The notes under the pieces were generated by a model. The model did not search any database, had not been told where the DNA came from, and saw nothing but the letters and a program-made list of their open reading frames with translations. Position numbers and translations under genes: made by a program. Below are positions 50,405 through 60,501 of a stretch of DNA of 64,000 bases, piece by piece (within the stretch, counting starts at the first letter, position 1; every line of letters starts with the position of its first letter). Source of the stretch: Alphaproteobacteria bacterium (GTDB lineage Bacteria > Pseudomonadota > Alphaproteobacteria > UBA828); the NCBI GenBank assembly GCA_965237415.1, contig CBDEFM010000002.1:3840001-3904000 (forward strand), read 5' to 3'.

Positions 50405-50544
50405 CGTGTCCTCCCTGCTCCGGCGGCGCGGGCCCAGCGTGACTCTCTCAAAGCCACCCTTTCCACGCAATGGACGGGTGACGGCCGGCGCGGCATGATG
50501 GCGGGCAGGGACAGAGGGGCCGGCGACGCCCCAGGGAGGCGAGG

Positions 50545-51957
50545 ATGAGTGCAACCGTTATTCGGAACGGGCGGATCGTGACCGCGGTGGACGACTACAA
50601 GGCCGACATCCTGATAGAGGACGGGCGGGTGCGCATGATCGGCACCGATCTCCCTGTCGGTGAGGGGGTTGCCGAGCACGATGCGTCGGGGCTGCTCGTG
50701 CTGCCCGGCGGCGTCGATGTGCACACGCACCTCGACTGGGACTTCGGGCCTACGCGCACGGCGGACACCTTCTACACCGGCTCCCAAGCGGGGGCCTTCG
50801 GCGGCACCACCACGATCGTGGACTTCGCTGCCCAGGTGAAGGGGACGAGCCCGCTCGAAGGCCTTGCTGACTGGCACGAGCGCGCCTCGATCGCCGCCGT
50901 CGATGTCGGTGCGCACATGATCATGACCGAGGTGAACGACCAGGCGCTCATCGACATGAAGAGCCTGATCCACGACGAGGGCGTCACCACCTTCAAGCTC
51001 TTCACCGCCTATCCCGACCTGCTGATGATCGACGACGGGTCGATCTTCAAGACGATGCGTCAGGTCGGCGCGAACGGCGGGATGGTGCAGATCCACGCCG
51101 AGAACGGCCACGTCATCGACGTGCTGGTGCAGGAGGCGCTCGCCGCCGGCAATACGAGCCCCAAGTGGCACATGCTGACCCGGCCCTCCCTGATGGAGGG
51201 CGAGGCGACCCACCGGGTCATCCGCATCGCCGAGCTTGCCGAGGCGCCGGTCTATATCGTGCACCTCTCGGCGAGCGAGGCGCTCGACGCGGTGACGGAA
51301 GCGCGGGACCGCGGGCTCCCCGTCCATGCCGAGACCTGCCCGCACTATCTCTTCCTCACCGAAGAGGAGTACGACCGGCCGGGCTTCGAGGCAGCGAAGT
51401 TCGTGATGACGCCGCCGCTCAGGAGCGCGGCGCATCAGCATGCGCTCTGGCGCGGGCTCAAGACCGACGACCTCCAGGTCATCGCCACCGATCACTGCCC
51501 GTTCTGCTTCAGCGAGAATGTGCTGGGGCTCAGGCTCTCCAAGGAGCTCGGCCGGGACGACTTCAGCAAGATCCCCAACGGCGCGCCGGGCCTCGAGACG
51601 CGCATGCCGCTGGTCTATGACGGCGGCGTGCGGCGCAACGGCATGTCGCTCAACCGCTATGTGGAGCTGACGGCGACGGCGCCGGCAAAACTCTTTGGCC
51701 TGTTCCCGCGCAAGGGCACGATCGCGGTGGGCTCCGACGCCGATATCGTGCTGTTCGACCCGGACGAGACCTGGACCATCCGCGCCGCCGAGCATCACAG
51801 CCGGGTCGAGTATTCGATGTTCGAGGGCCGCGAGGTGACGGGCCGGGTGAGCAAGGTGTACCTGCGCGGCGAGCTCATCGTCGACGGCCGGGAATGGCTC
51901 GGGCGCGAGGGCGGCGGCCAGTTCATCAAGCGCGGCCAGGCGGGGAAGCAGAAGTAG
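50545..51957 (+). CDS. hydA: Dihydropyrimidinase / D-hydantoinase
   Basis: PGGVDVHTH, GGTTT, FKLFTAYP, HAENG, ETCPHYL, TDHCPF, IPNG. Confidence 0.94.
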   Translation: MSATVIRNGRIVTAVDDYKADILIEDGRVRMIGTDLPVGEGVAEHDASGLLVLPGGVDVHTHLDWDFGPTRTADTFYTGSQAGAFGGTTTIVDFAAQVKGTSPLEGLADWHERASIAAVDVGAHMIMTEVNDQALIDMKSLIHDEGVTTFKLFTAYPDLLMIDDGSIFKTMRQVGANGGMVQIHAENGHVIDVLVQEALAAGNTSPKWHMLTRPSLMEGEATHRVIRIAELAEAPVYIVHLSASEALDAVTEARDRGLPVHAETCPHYLFLTEEEYDRPGFEAAKFVMTPPLRSAAHQHALWRGLKTDDLQVIATDHCPFCFSENVLGLRLSKELGRDDFSKIPNGAPGLETRMPLVYDGGVRRNGMSLNRYVELTATAPAKLFGLFPRKGTIAVGSDADIVLFDPDETWTIRAAEHHSRVEYSMFEGREVTGRVSKVYLRGELIVDGREWLGREGGGQFIKRGQAGKQK

Positions 51958-52003
51958 GGCGCGCGACACTTATTTTGGGGGCCTTCCGGCGCGACGCCCC
52001 GCT

Positions 52004-53032
52004 CTACGGCACCAGCACCATCTTGCCGAAGACGTCGCGGTCTGCGGTGCGCCGCGCGGCCGTCTGGACGTCGGCGAGCGGATAGACGGTATCGATCACC
52101 GGAGCGAGCCTGCCTTCCGCCATCAGTGCGAAGACTCGCGCAAGCTCGCGGCGGCCGCAGAAGTGGCTGCCGTGGATGGTCATGTGCTTGCGGAAGAGCT
52201 CGATCACGTTAAGCGGCACCTCCTCGCCGGCGTGGGCCCCGCAGGTGACGAGGCGACCGTTGAAGCAGACCGCGTCGATGCTCTGGCGCAGCACGTCGCC
52301 GCCCACGCTCTCGATCACCAGGTCGACGCCGCGCCCGTCGGTGAACCTGAGCGCTTCCTCCCGGATGCTCTGGCGCGTGTAGTCGATCGTCTCGGCGGCG
52401 CCGAGGTCGCGCGCCTTTTTCAGCTTCGCGGCCGAGCCCGCGCTCGCGATCACCCGTGCGCCATGCAGCAGCGCGACCTGGATTGCCGATGAGCCGACCA
52501 CGCTGCCGGCCGCGTTGACCAGCACCGTCTGCCCGGCCTGCACGCGGCCGAGGGCGACCGTCATGTGCCAGGCGGTGCCGAGGCCGATCATGCCGGCGGC
52601 GGCGGTCTCGAAGGGCAGATCGTCCGGCAGCGGGATGACCGATAACGCGTGCGAGACGGTGTATTCGGCGTGCGTCCCCCACTGGCCCGCGCCGATGCGG
52701 CCGTGGGTGAAGTCTACGCCGTCGAGGCCGCTCAGCCAGGGCTCCGACAGCGGGTCCCCCTGGGCGAAGTCGATGGCGACGCGGGTGCCGAGGGCGGGGC
52801 CCGACACGCCGGGGCCCAAGGCCGCCACTTCGCCCGCGCCTTCGCTGCCGGGCACGTGCGGGAGCGTCACCGAAATGCCGGAGACCCCCTCGCGCACGTC
52901 ATGGTCGAGGTGGTTGATGCCGCTCGCCCGGATGCGCACCAGCAGCTCGCCGGGCCCGGGCTCGGGCGTCTCGACCTCCTCGTAGAGCAGGTTCTCCACG
53001 CCGCCGTGGGCGCGGATGACGACCGCCTTCAC
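52004..53032 (-). CDS. MDR-family (quinone oxidoreductase-like) dehydrogenase
   Basis: PGPGELLVR, PHVPGSEGAG, GKMVL; Zn-ligand cysteines absent. Confidence 0.88.
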   Translation of the reverse strand: MKAVVIRAHGGVENLLYEEVETPEPGPGELLVRIRASGINHLDHDVREGVSGISVTLPHVPGSEGAGEVAALGPGVSGPALGTRVAIDFAQGDPLSEPWLSGLDGVDFTHGRIGAGQWGTHAEYTVSHALSVIPLPDDLPFETAAAGMIGLGTAWHMTVALGRVQAGQTVLVNAAGSVVGSSAIQVALLHGARVIASAGSAAKLKKARDLGAAETIDYTRQSIREEALRFTDGRGVDLVIESVGGDVLRQSIDAVCFNGRLVTCGAHAGEEVPLNVIELFRKHMTIHGSHFCGRRELARVFALMAEGRLAPVIDTVYPLADVQTAARRTADRDVFGKMVLVP

Positions 53033-53041
53033 GGCGGGCCG

Positions 53042-53686
53042 CTACTCGGCCGCGTGCGCCGCGACGGCGCCGGAGAGCGCGGCGATCGCGTCCGCGCTCG
53101 TGACGATGTCCGCGTACTTCTGGGCCATGTCGAAGAGGTTGGCCTCGTGGGGCCCGAGCGCCCGGTCGCCGACGCAGTCGCTGATCACCACCGGGCGGAA
53201 GCCGTGGCACATGGCGTCGAGCACGCTTGCGCGCACGCAGCCGCTGGTGGTGCAGCCCGCGACCATCACCGTGTCGATACGCATCCTGGCGAGGGCTGGC
53301 GCGAGGTCGGTGCCGAAGAAGGCCGACGGCACCCGCTTGCGGACGACGATCTCCCCCGGCTTGGGCTCAAGCGCGTCGACGATCTGGCTCTCCGGCGCAT
53401 CCTCGGTGAGCGTCGTGAGCGAGGGCACCTTCATGCACATGATGTTCGCGTCCGCCGCGTCGTCGGCGAAGATCACGCGGGTGTGCGCGACCGGCACGCC
53501 CCGCGCCCGGCAGAAGGCGAGGAGGCCCACGGTCGCGTCGATCGCCTCCTGGATATTGCCGCCGCCGAACTTCGCCGGATCGGTGAAGCCGTTGACGAAA
53601 TCGACGATGAGCAACGCCGCCTTCTCGCCGAAGCCGAGCCGGTTGCCGAAGTTCTGGGTCTTGTAGATGTCGATGTCCGAAGCCAT
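53042..53686 (-). CDS. Isochorismatase family (maleamate/N-carbamoylsarcosine amidase-like)
   Basis: ALLIVDF, K..PSAFFGT, GCTTSGCVRAS, KYAD. Confidence 0.92.
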   Translation of the reverse strand: MASDIDIYKTQNFGNRLGFGEKAALLIVDFVNGFTDPAKFGGGNIQEAIDATVGLLAFCRARGVPVAHTRVIFADDAADANIMCMKVPSLTTLTEDAPESQIVDALEPKPGEIVVRKRVPSAFFGTDLAPALARMRIDTVMVAGCTTSGCVRASVLDAMCHGFRPVVISDCVGDRALGPHEANLFDMAQKYADIVTSADAIAALSGAVAAHAAE

Positions 53687-53819
53687 GCCGCACCCCGCGT
53701 CTCCGGCCGGGCGCCTGTCGCCGCTGAGTTGCCCGCCGACGCCCGCCAAACGCATCTTGGACGCATCGGCGGCGGGAACGCAAACACGCCGTCGTTCCCC
53801 TGGGCAACCGCAGCGAATG

Positions 53820-53933
53820 CCCCCACCTCACCCCGGCCCTCTCCTCCCGAGGGAGGAGAGGGAGAGCAGGCCGTCGCCACCTACGTCCCCTCTCCGCCCT
53901 CGGGGGCGGAGAGGGTTAGGGAGAGGTGGGGGG
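53820..53933. repeat. REP/BIME-like double-hairpin element
   Basis: CCCTCTCC..GGAGAGGG twice, inside an outer CCCCCACCTC/GAGGTGGGGG stem. Confidence 0.8.
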
Positions 53934-53986
53934 AACCAGAAGGTGCAGCAGTTCGGTACGTGTCAGGCCTACGCTCGTGGTGGGGA

Positions 53987-54367
53987 TCAGATCGTGGCGT
54001 TGCCGCCGTCGCTCTCTACCGTGACCGCGGCCAGCTTGCCGTTCTCGAGGCGGAAGGCGGCCTGCCCGCTGGTCTCATGCGCGCGGCCCTCGGCGTCTTC
54101 CAGGCGGAGGGTGAAGCGGCAGGTGGACCGCTGCGCGGCCTCGTCCGCCTCATGGCTCAGCACCTCGTGGCGGATCGTGGGATAGTCCGCCAGCATCTGC
54201 GTGAGGTACTGCTTGATCTCGCCATCGCGGCCGCGGTGGGGCCGGCCGTCGACCGAGAGCACCGCATCGCGGGCGAAGCAGTCGAGCACCGTGCCGAGGC
54301 GCCGGAAGTCGATATTGCTGTAGTAGCTGTGCTCGACCAGATTGACGATCTGGGCGCGCCTGAGCAT
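53987..54367 (-). CDS. SnoaL/NTF2-like protein
   Basis: VLDCFARDA..HRGRD..I..H..F.LENGK. Confidence 0.75.
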   Translation of the reverse strand: MLRRAQIVNLVEHSYYSNIDFRRLGTVLDCFARDAVLSVDGRPHRGRDGEIKQYLTQMLADYPTIRHEVLSHEADEAAQRSTCRFTLRLEDAEGRAHETSGQAAFRLENGKLAAVTVESDGGNATI

Positions 54368-54508
54368 CACCACCGGCGCCTCCTCTCCTCGTGAGAGCGC
54401 ATCGTAGCCGCCGCCGGCGACCAGCCGAAAGCCCGGTATCCCCGTGACCATGGTCCTCTGGCAAAATCGGTGCGAAGGCCATAGTCTGGCCGGAGAGGAG
54501 CGCGCGCC

Positions 54509-55300
54509 ATGCATGCATTCAACTATCGTCGAGCGACATCGGTGGAAGACGCGGCCGCCGCGTTTCAGGGCGCGGAGGACGGCGCCTATATCTCGGGCGG
54601 GCACACGCTGCTGCCCACGATGAAGCAGCGCCTCGCGGCGCCTTCGGACCTGATCGACCTGGCGGGAATCGCGGAGCTTGCCGGCATTGCGGTCGATAGC
54701 GAGACGGTCGAGATCGGCGCGCTCACGCCGCATGCGACCGTTGCGGCGTCCGCCGAGGTGCAGGATGCGATTCCGGCGCTTGCCGTGCTCGCCGGCAAGA
54801 TCGGCGACCCGCAAGTGCGCAACAAGGGCACCATCGGCGGCTCCATCGCCAACAACGACCCGGCGGCGGACTATCCGGCCGCCCTTCTCGGGCTCGGCGC
54901 CACCGTCGTCACCGACCGGCGCACCATCGCGGCGGACGACTTCTTCACCGACTTGTTCGAGACGGCGCTTGAGAGCGGCGAAATCATCACGGCAGTGCGC
55001 TTCCCCCGGCCCAGGAAGGCCGGTTATGCGAAGTTCCCGAACCCGGCGTCGCGCTACGCCATCGTGGGTGTCATGGCGGCGGAGACGGCGTCAGGCGTGC
55101 GCATCGCCGTAACCGGCGCCGGACCCTGCGTGTTCCGTGCGACCGCCATGGAAGGTGCACTCGGCGGCGGGCTGGACCCCGATGCGGCGCTGCCGGCGCT
55201 CTCTCCAGACGACCTCAATTCCGACATCCACGCGAGCGCCGAGTACCGCGCGCATCTGGTGGGTGTCATGGCCCAGCGCGCGATGGCCGCCGCTTGCTGA
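54509..55300 (+). CDS. CoxM/CutM-like FAD-binding subunit
   Basis: GGHTLLP.MKQRLA, IGDPQVRNKGTIGGS, NPASRYA, YRAHL. Confidence 0.94.
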   Translation: MHAFNYRRATSVEDAAAAFQGAEDGAYISGGHTLLPTMKQRLAAPSDLIDLAGIAELAGIAVDSETVEIGALTPHATVAASAEVQDAIPALAVLAGKIGDPQVRNKGTIGGSIANNDPAADYPAALLGLGATVVTDRRTIAADDFFTDLFETALESGEIITAVRFPRPRKAGYAKFPNPASRYAIVGVMAAETASGVRIAVTGAGPCVFRATAMEGALGGGLDPDAALPALSPDDLNSDIHASAEYRAHLVGVMAQRAMAAAC

Positions 55301-55527
55301 CCCGGAATTCTCGCCCAGCGCACGGCCGGCGGAGAAAGGCGAAATTACAAAACGAAGCCAATTTCGCATAAGCCATTCTTTCACAATAGAAATAATGATT
55401 TCGGCTGGCACGCCGGAGGCTCTGCCGGTGCGGCGCGGGCCCCGTCACGACAAATTGAAGCATCGCGATTGGCGCCGCGCCCGCGCAGCCCCGACATTCC
55501 ACCCGTCACTGGACGGAGGATGACCCG

Positions 55528-56532
<1,005 letters not shown>

Positions 56533-56550
56533 TCGGCGACTTATTCGTAA

Positions 56551-56673
56551 CCCTCAGGCGCCGGGCGCTCGCTCCGCTCGATCGCGTGCTTATGCGCGCG
56601 TCTCCGCGCGACGCTACGCGCCATTCGGCGCGCGGCGCGGTCGCGCCGTCCGGGCCTGCGGCCCGGCCCTTCC
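56551..56673. repeat. Dispersed GC-rich hairpin repeat, copy C
   Basis: Shares blocks with 12031-12126; lies between convergent genes. Confidence 0.75.
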
Positions 56674-56720
56674 AGTATTCCAACATCCCGTTGGCCGCTG
56701 GGCGCTTCGGCTGGCGCCTG

Positions 56721-57506
56721 TCAGTGCTTCGCGAGGAACTCTTTCAGTGCGGCGGTGAAGGCCGGCGCCTGCTCGATGTTGGAGAGATGGGCGGCGTCGA
56801 GTTCGACATACCGGGAGCCCTTGATCCGCTCGTGCATCAGGCGCATGCCGGCGGGTGGCGTGGCGGCGTCCTGCGTGCCGGCGATCAGCAGCACGGGATG
56901 GTCGAGCGAGTCCAGATTTTCGAGATAGGCGAGCCCCTGGATGGCCCGCGCACAGCCGGTGTACCCCGCGACCGAGGTCGTGCGGATCATGGTCCGCACG
57001 TCTTCGAGCCGCTCGGCGCCGCTCGCCCGGTAGCTCTCGCTGAACCAGCGCTCGATGGTCGACTCGACGACCGCTTCCATGCCGCCGTCGGCGACCGCCG
57101 CCACGCGCTGATCGAAGGCGGCGCGGAAATCGTCGCTGCAAAACGCGGTGGTGTTTCCCATGACGGTCGCCGCGACCCGGTCGGCATGGCGGAGCGTCAA
57201 CCCCTGCGCCGTCATCCCACCGATCGAGAGACCCACGACATAGCTCTGCCGGATACCCAGGCGATCCCAGAGGCCGACGATGTCGTCGATCAGATCGTCC
57301 AACGAATAGGGTCCCTCGACGGGCGCCGACTTGCCGTGTCCGCGCTTGTCGTAGCGCAGGATACGGAAGTCTCCGGCGAGCGCGGCCTCCTGCTCGTCCC
57401 ACATGCGCAGGTTCGTGGCCAGCGAGTTGGAAAAGGTCAGCCAAGGCCCGTTCTCGTTTCCCGAAACCTCGTAGTTGATCGTCACGCCTCGAATATCGGC
57501 CAGCAT
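56721..57506 (-). CDS. pcaD: 3-oxoadipate enol-lactonase-like hydrolase
   Basis: SNSLAT..MWD.Q, RYDKRGHG, GLSIGG, ERWF, AHLSNIEQ. Confidence 0.88.
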   Translation of the reverse strand: MLADIRGVTINYEVSGNENGPWLTFSNSLATNLRMWDEQEAALAGDFRILRYDKRGHGKSAPVEGPYSLDDLIDDIVGLWDRLGIRQSYVVGLSIGGMTAQGLTLRHADRVAATVMGNTTAFCSDDFRAAFDQRVAAVADGGMEAVVESTIERWFSESYRASGAERLEDVRTMIRTTSVAGYTGCARAIQGLAYLENLDSLDHPVLLIAGTQDAATPPAGMRLMHERIKGSRYVELDAAHLSNIEQAPAFTAALKEFLAKH

Positions 57507-57722
57507 TCGCTCTCTCCCGGTCGGTAGGGCACGCTCTCGCTCCGGCGGGACTTTAGCCCGCATTTCTCGCCAGGGTCACGGACAGCGCCGCCTTTCGGGT
57601 CGCGCCCAGGCGCTCGCCCGCTGCGCCGCCGCTTGACCGCCCCCGCGAACGCTGCGAAAACCGCCGGGCGGCGCGGCCGGTCGCCGCCCGCCTCCGCAAC
57701 GTCATCGAAATCGGGGGAAGCC

Positions 57723-59041
57723 GTGGGGCGAGGGGAATACCTGTTCACCAGCGAATCGGTGTCGGAAGGGCACCCGGACAAGGTCTGCGACCGCATTTCC
57801 GACGCGGTGGTCGATGCCTACCTGGCGCTCGATTCCAATGCCCGTGTGGCTTGCGAGACCCTGGTCACGACCAACCGGATGGTGCTGGCCGGCGAGGTCC
57901 GCGGCCCCGAGTCGATCACCAGCGAGGCCCTCGAGTCCATCGCGCGGGCCTGCGTCCGCGAGATCGGGTACGAGCAGGAGGGCTTCCACTGGGCCAAGGC
58001 CGCGGTCGAGATCCATGTTCACGCTCAGTCGGCCGACATCGCGCTCGGCGTGGACCACCGCCGGGCGGCGCGGCCGGTCGAGGTCCGCGGGCCGGCAACA
58101 AGGACCAGGGCGCGGGCGACCAGGGCATCATGTTCGGCTATGCCTGCCGCGAGACCGATGCGCTCATGCCGGCGCCGATCCACTATGCCCACGCGATCCT
58201 GGACCAGGCCGGCAACAAGGACCAGGGCGCGGGCGACCAGGGCATCATGTTCGGCTATGCCTGCCGCGAGACCGATGCGCTCATGCCGGCGCCGATCCAC
58301 TATGCCCACGCGATCCTGGCCGCGCTGGCCCGCGCCAGGCACGCGGGCGATGCGCCCGGCCTCGGGCCCGACTCCAAGAGCCAGGTGACGCTCCGCTATG
58401 AGGACGGCGTGCCGGTGGGCGCCACCTCGGTCGTCGTCTCGACCCAGCATACGGCGGAACTCTCCCAGGACGACGTGCGCGCCATCGTGCGCCCCTACGT
58501 CGTGGCCGCGCTCCCCGACGGGTGGATGTGCGAGGAGGACTGGTTCTACGTCAATCCGACCGGCCGCTTCGTCATCGGCGGACCCGATGGCGATGCCGGG
58601 GTGACGGGACGCAAGATCATCGTCGATACCTATGGCGGGGCGGCACCGCACGGCGGCGGCGCCTTCTCGGGCAAGGACCCGAGCAAGGTCGACCGCTCGG
58701 CGGCCTACGCGGCACGCTATCTGGCGAAGAACGTCGTCGCCGCCGACCTCGCGTCGCGCTGCACCATCCAACTCGCCTATGCGATCGGCGTCGCCTATCC
58801 GCTGGCGGTCTATGTCGATACCCACGGTACTGGTGAGATCGATGAGGCAAGACTCGCCAAAGCGCTCGAGTCGGTGATGGACCTCTCGCCGCGCGGCATC
58901 GGCGAGCATCTCGACCTCGCCCGTCCGATCTTCGAGCGGACCGCGGCTTACGGCCACTTCGGCCGCGAGCCCGAGGCCGACGGCGGCTTCTCCTGGGAGC
59001 GGACGGACCTCGTCGACCGGCTTCTCTCTGCGGTGGGCTGA
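57723..59041 (+). pseudogene. metK: S-adenosylmethionine synthetase, frameshifted by a 149-bp insertion (possible assembly artefact)
   Basis: [13 protein letters not shown] in one frame; GAGDQG (twice), [20 protein letters not shown] in another. Confidence 0.92.
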
Positions 59042-59075
59042 GGGCGCGCCCGGCCGGCGCCCGACCTTCCGCGCG

Positions 59076-59774
59076 ATGGAGGATCGCCGGCGCCGCGTCC
59101 ATGGGCGCAGACTCGGCTACCGGCTCCGCCCCGGCCGCCAGGCGCTGCTTGAGCGTGCCCTGCCGGGGCTTCGGATCGCGCTTCCCGACGATGAGGGCGC
59201 GCGACTCCAGCCGAACGGCCTCTTCCCGGCGCCGGTCCGCGACCTCTGGCTCGAGATCGGCTTCGGCGCCGGAGAGCACCTCGCCCATCAGGTGCGCACC
59301 AATCCGGACGTGGGGTTTATCGGCTGCGAGCCGTTCGTCCAGGGCGTTGCGGGCCTTCTGCGCCATTTGGAGGCGGACGGCACGAGCAGGCGGGTCCGCG
59401 TCTTCCCCGACGACGCGCGGCTCCTGCTCGATCGTTTGCCGGACGCCTGCGTCGGCCGGCTGTTCGTGCTGTTCCCCGATCCCTGGCCCAAGAAGCGCCA
59501 TCACAAGCGCCGCCTGATCGATGCCGAGACCCTCGTCGACTTCGCCCGCATCCTGAAGGACGGCGCGGAGTTCCGATGGGCGTCGGACGATATGGACTAT
59601 GTGGAGTGGACGCTTGAGCGTGTCGCGGCGAGCGGGGCGTTTGCGGGGCCTGAGCAGAGTTCCGGCGATTGGCCTTCGCGGCCGGCCGACTGGCCCGAAA
59701 CCCGCTATGAGCAAAAGGCCCGCGCCGCCGGCCGGGCGCCGGTCTTCCTCCGCTACGTCCGCATCCCTCGATAG
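59076..59774 (+). CDS. trmB: tRNA (guanine-N7)-methyltransferase
   Basis: LEIGFGAGEH, GCEPF, FPDPWPKKRHHKRR, TRYEQK. Confidence 0.96.
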   Translation: MEDRRRRVHGRRLGYRLRPGRQALLERALPGLRIALPDDEGARLQPNGLFPAPVRDLWLEIGFGAGEHLAHQVRTNPDVGFIGCEPFVQGVAGLLRHLEADGTSRRVRVFPDDARLLLDRLPDACVGRLFVLFPDPWPKKRHHKRRLIDAETLVDFARILKDGAEFRWASDDMDYVEWTLERVAASGAFAGPEQSSGDWPSRPADWPETRYEQKARAAGRAPVFLRYVRIPR

Positions 59775-59952
59775 TCAGGGGCTCGGGGGCGATGGCGAGG
59801 TGCCCTTCCGTGCCTCGATTGCAACGGTTGGACGACGGCACCGGGGAGAAACTCCTTGAAGTAGGGGCAGTATGCGCGATAGGTTAGCGGCGCGGTGTTC
59901 CTCGGGAGCGAGGGGTGCCGCGTTGACTATGCCCAGGGTTTTTAGTGATCGT

Positions 59953-59979
59953 GGTGGGCAGTGCTGGCCCGCCTTTTTT
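59953..59979 (+). terminator. rimP leader hairpin + U-tract (attenuator-like)
   Basis: GGTGGGC..GCCCGCC followed by TTTTTT just upstream of rimP. Confidence 0.6.
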
Positions 59980-60009
59980 CTGTCCTGCGGTGTGACGAAG
60001 ACGCGAGAC

Positions 60010-60501
60010 GTGGACACGGAACGGCAGATCGAACGTGCGATTGCACCGGTGCTGGCGGCGATGGGGTATGAGGTCGTTCGAATCCGCCTCGGCGGGGGTA
60101 TGCAGACGGTGCTTCAAGTGATGATCGAGCGGGCCGACCGCGTGCCGCTGACCGTAGACGACTGTGCTGCGGCAAGCCGCGCTATCTCGGCACAATTCGA
60201 AAACGACAACCTGCCTGCTGCCGACTATGCGCTGGAGGTGAGCTCGCCGGGAATCGACCGGCCGCTGGTGCGGCTCGCCGACTTCGCGCGGTTCGCCGGA
60301 TTCGAGGCCAAGGTGGAGATGGGTGAGCCGCTGGACGGCCGCCGCCGCTTTCGCGGCCGGCTGCAGGGCGCCGGCGATGGGTGCGTGCGCATGACCGTGG
60401 ACGATCAAGACGTCTCGCTGCCCTATGACGGGATTCGCGCGGCGAAGCTCGTGCTGACCGACGAATTGTTGGCCGCGAGCCAGGCGGCGGAGCGGCTGTG
60501 A
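60010..60501 (+). CDS. rimP: Ribosome maturation factor RimP
   Basis: DDCA..SR, YALEVSSPGIDRPL, GRRRFRG, AKLVLTDEL; start approximate. Confidence 0.95.
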   Translation: MDTERQIERAIAPVLAAMGYEVVRIRLGGGMQTVLQVMIERADRVPLTVDDCAAASRAISAQFENDNLPAADYALEVSSPGIDRPLVRLADFARFAGFEAKVEMGEPLDGRRRFRGRLQGAGDGCVRMTVDDQDVSLPYDGIRAAKLVLTDELLAASQAAERL

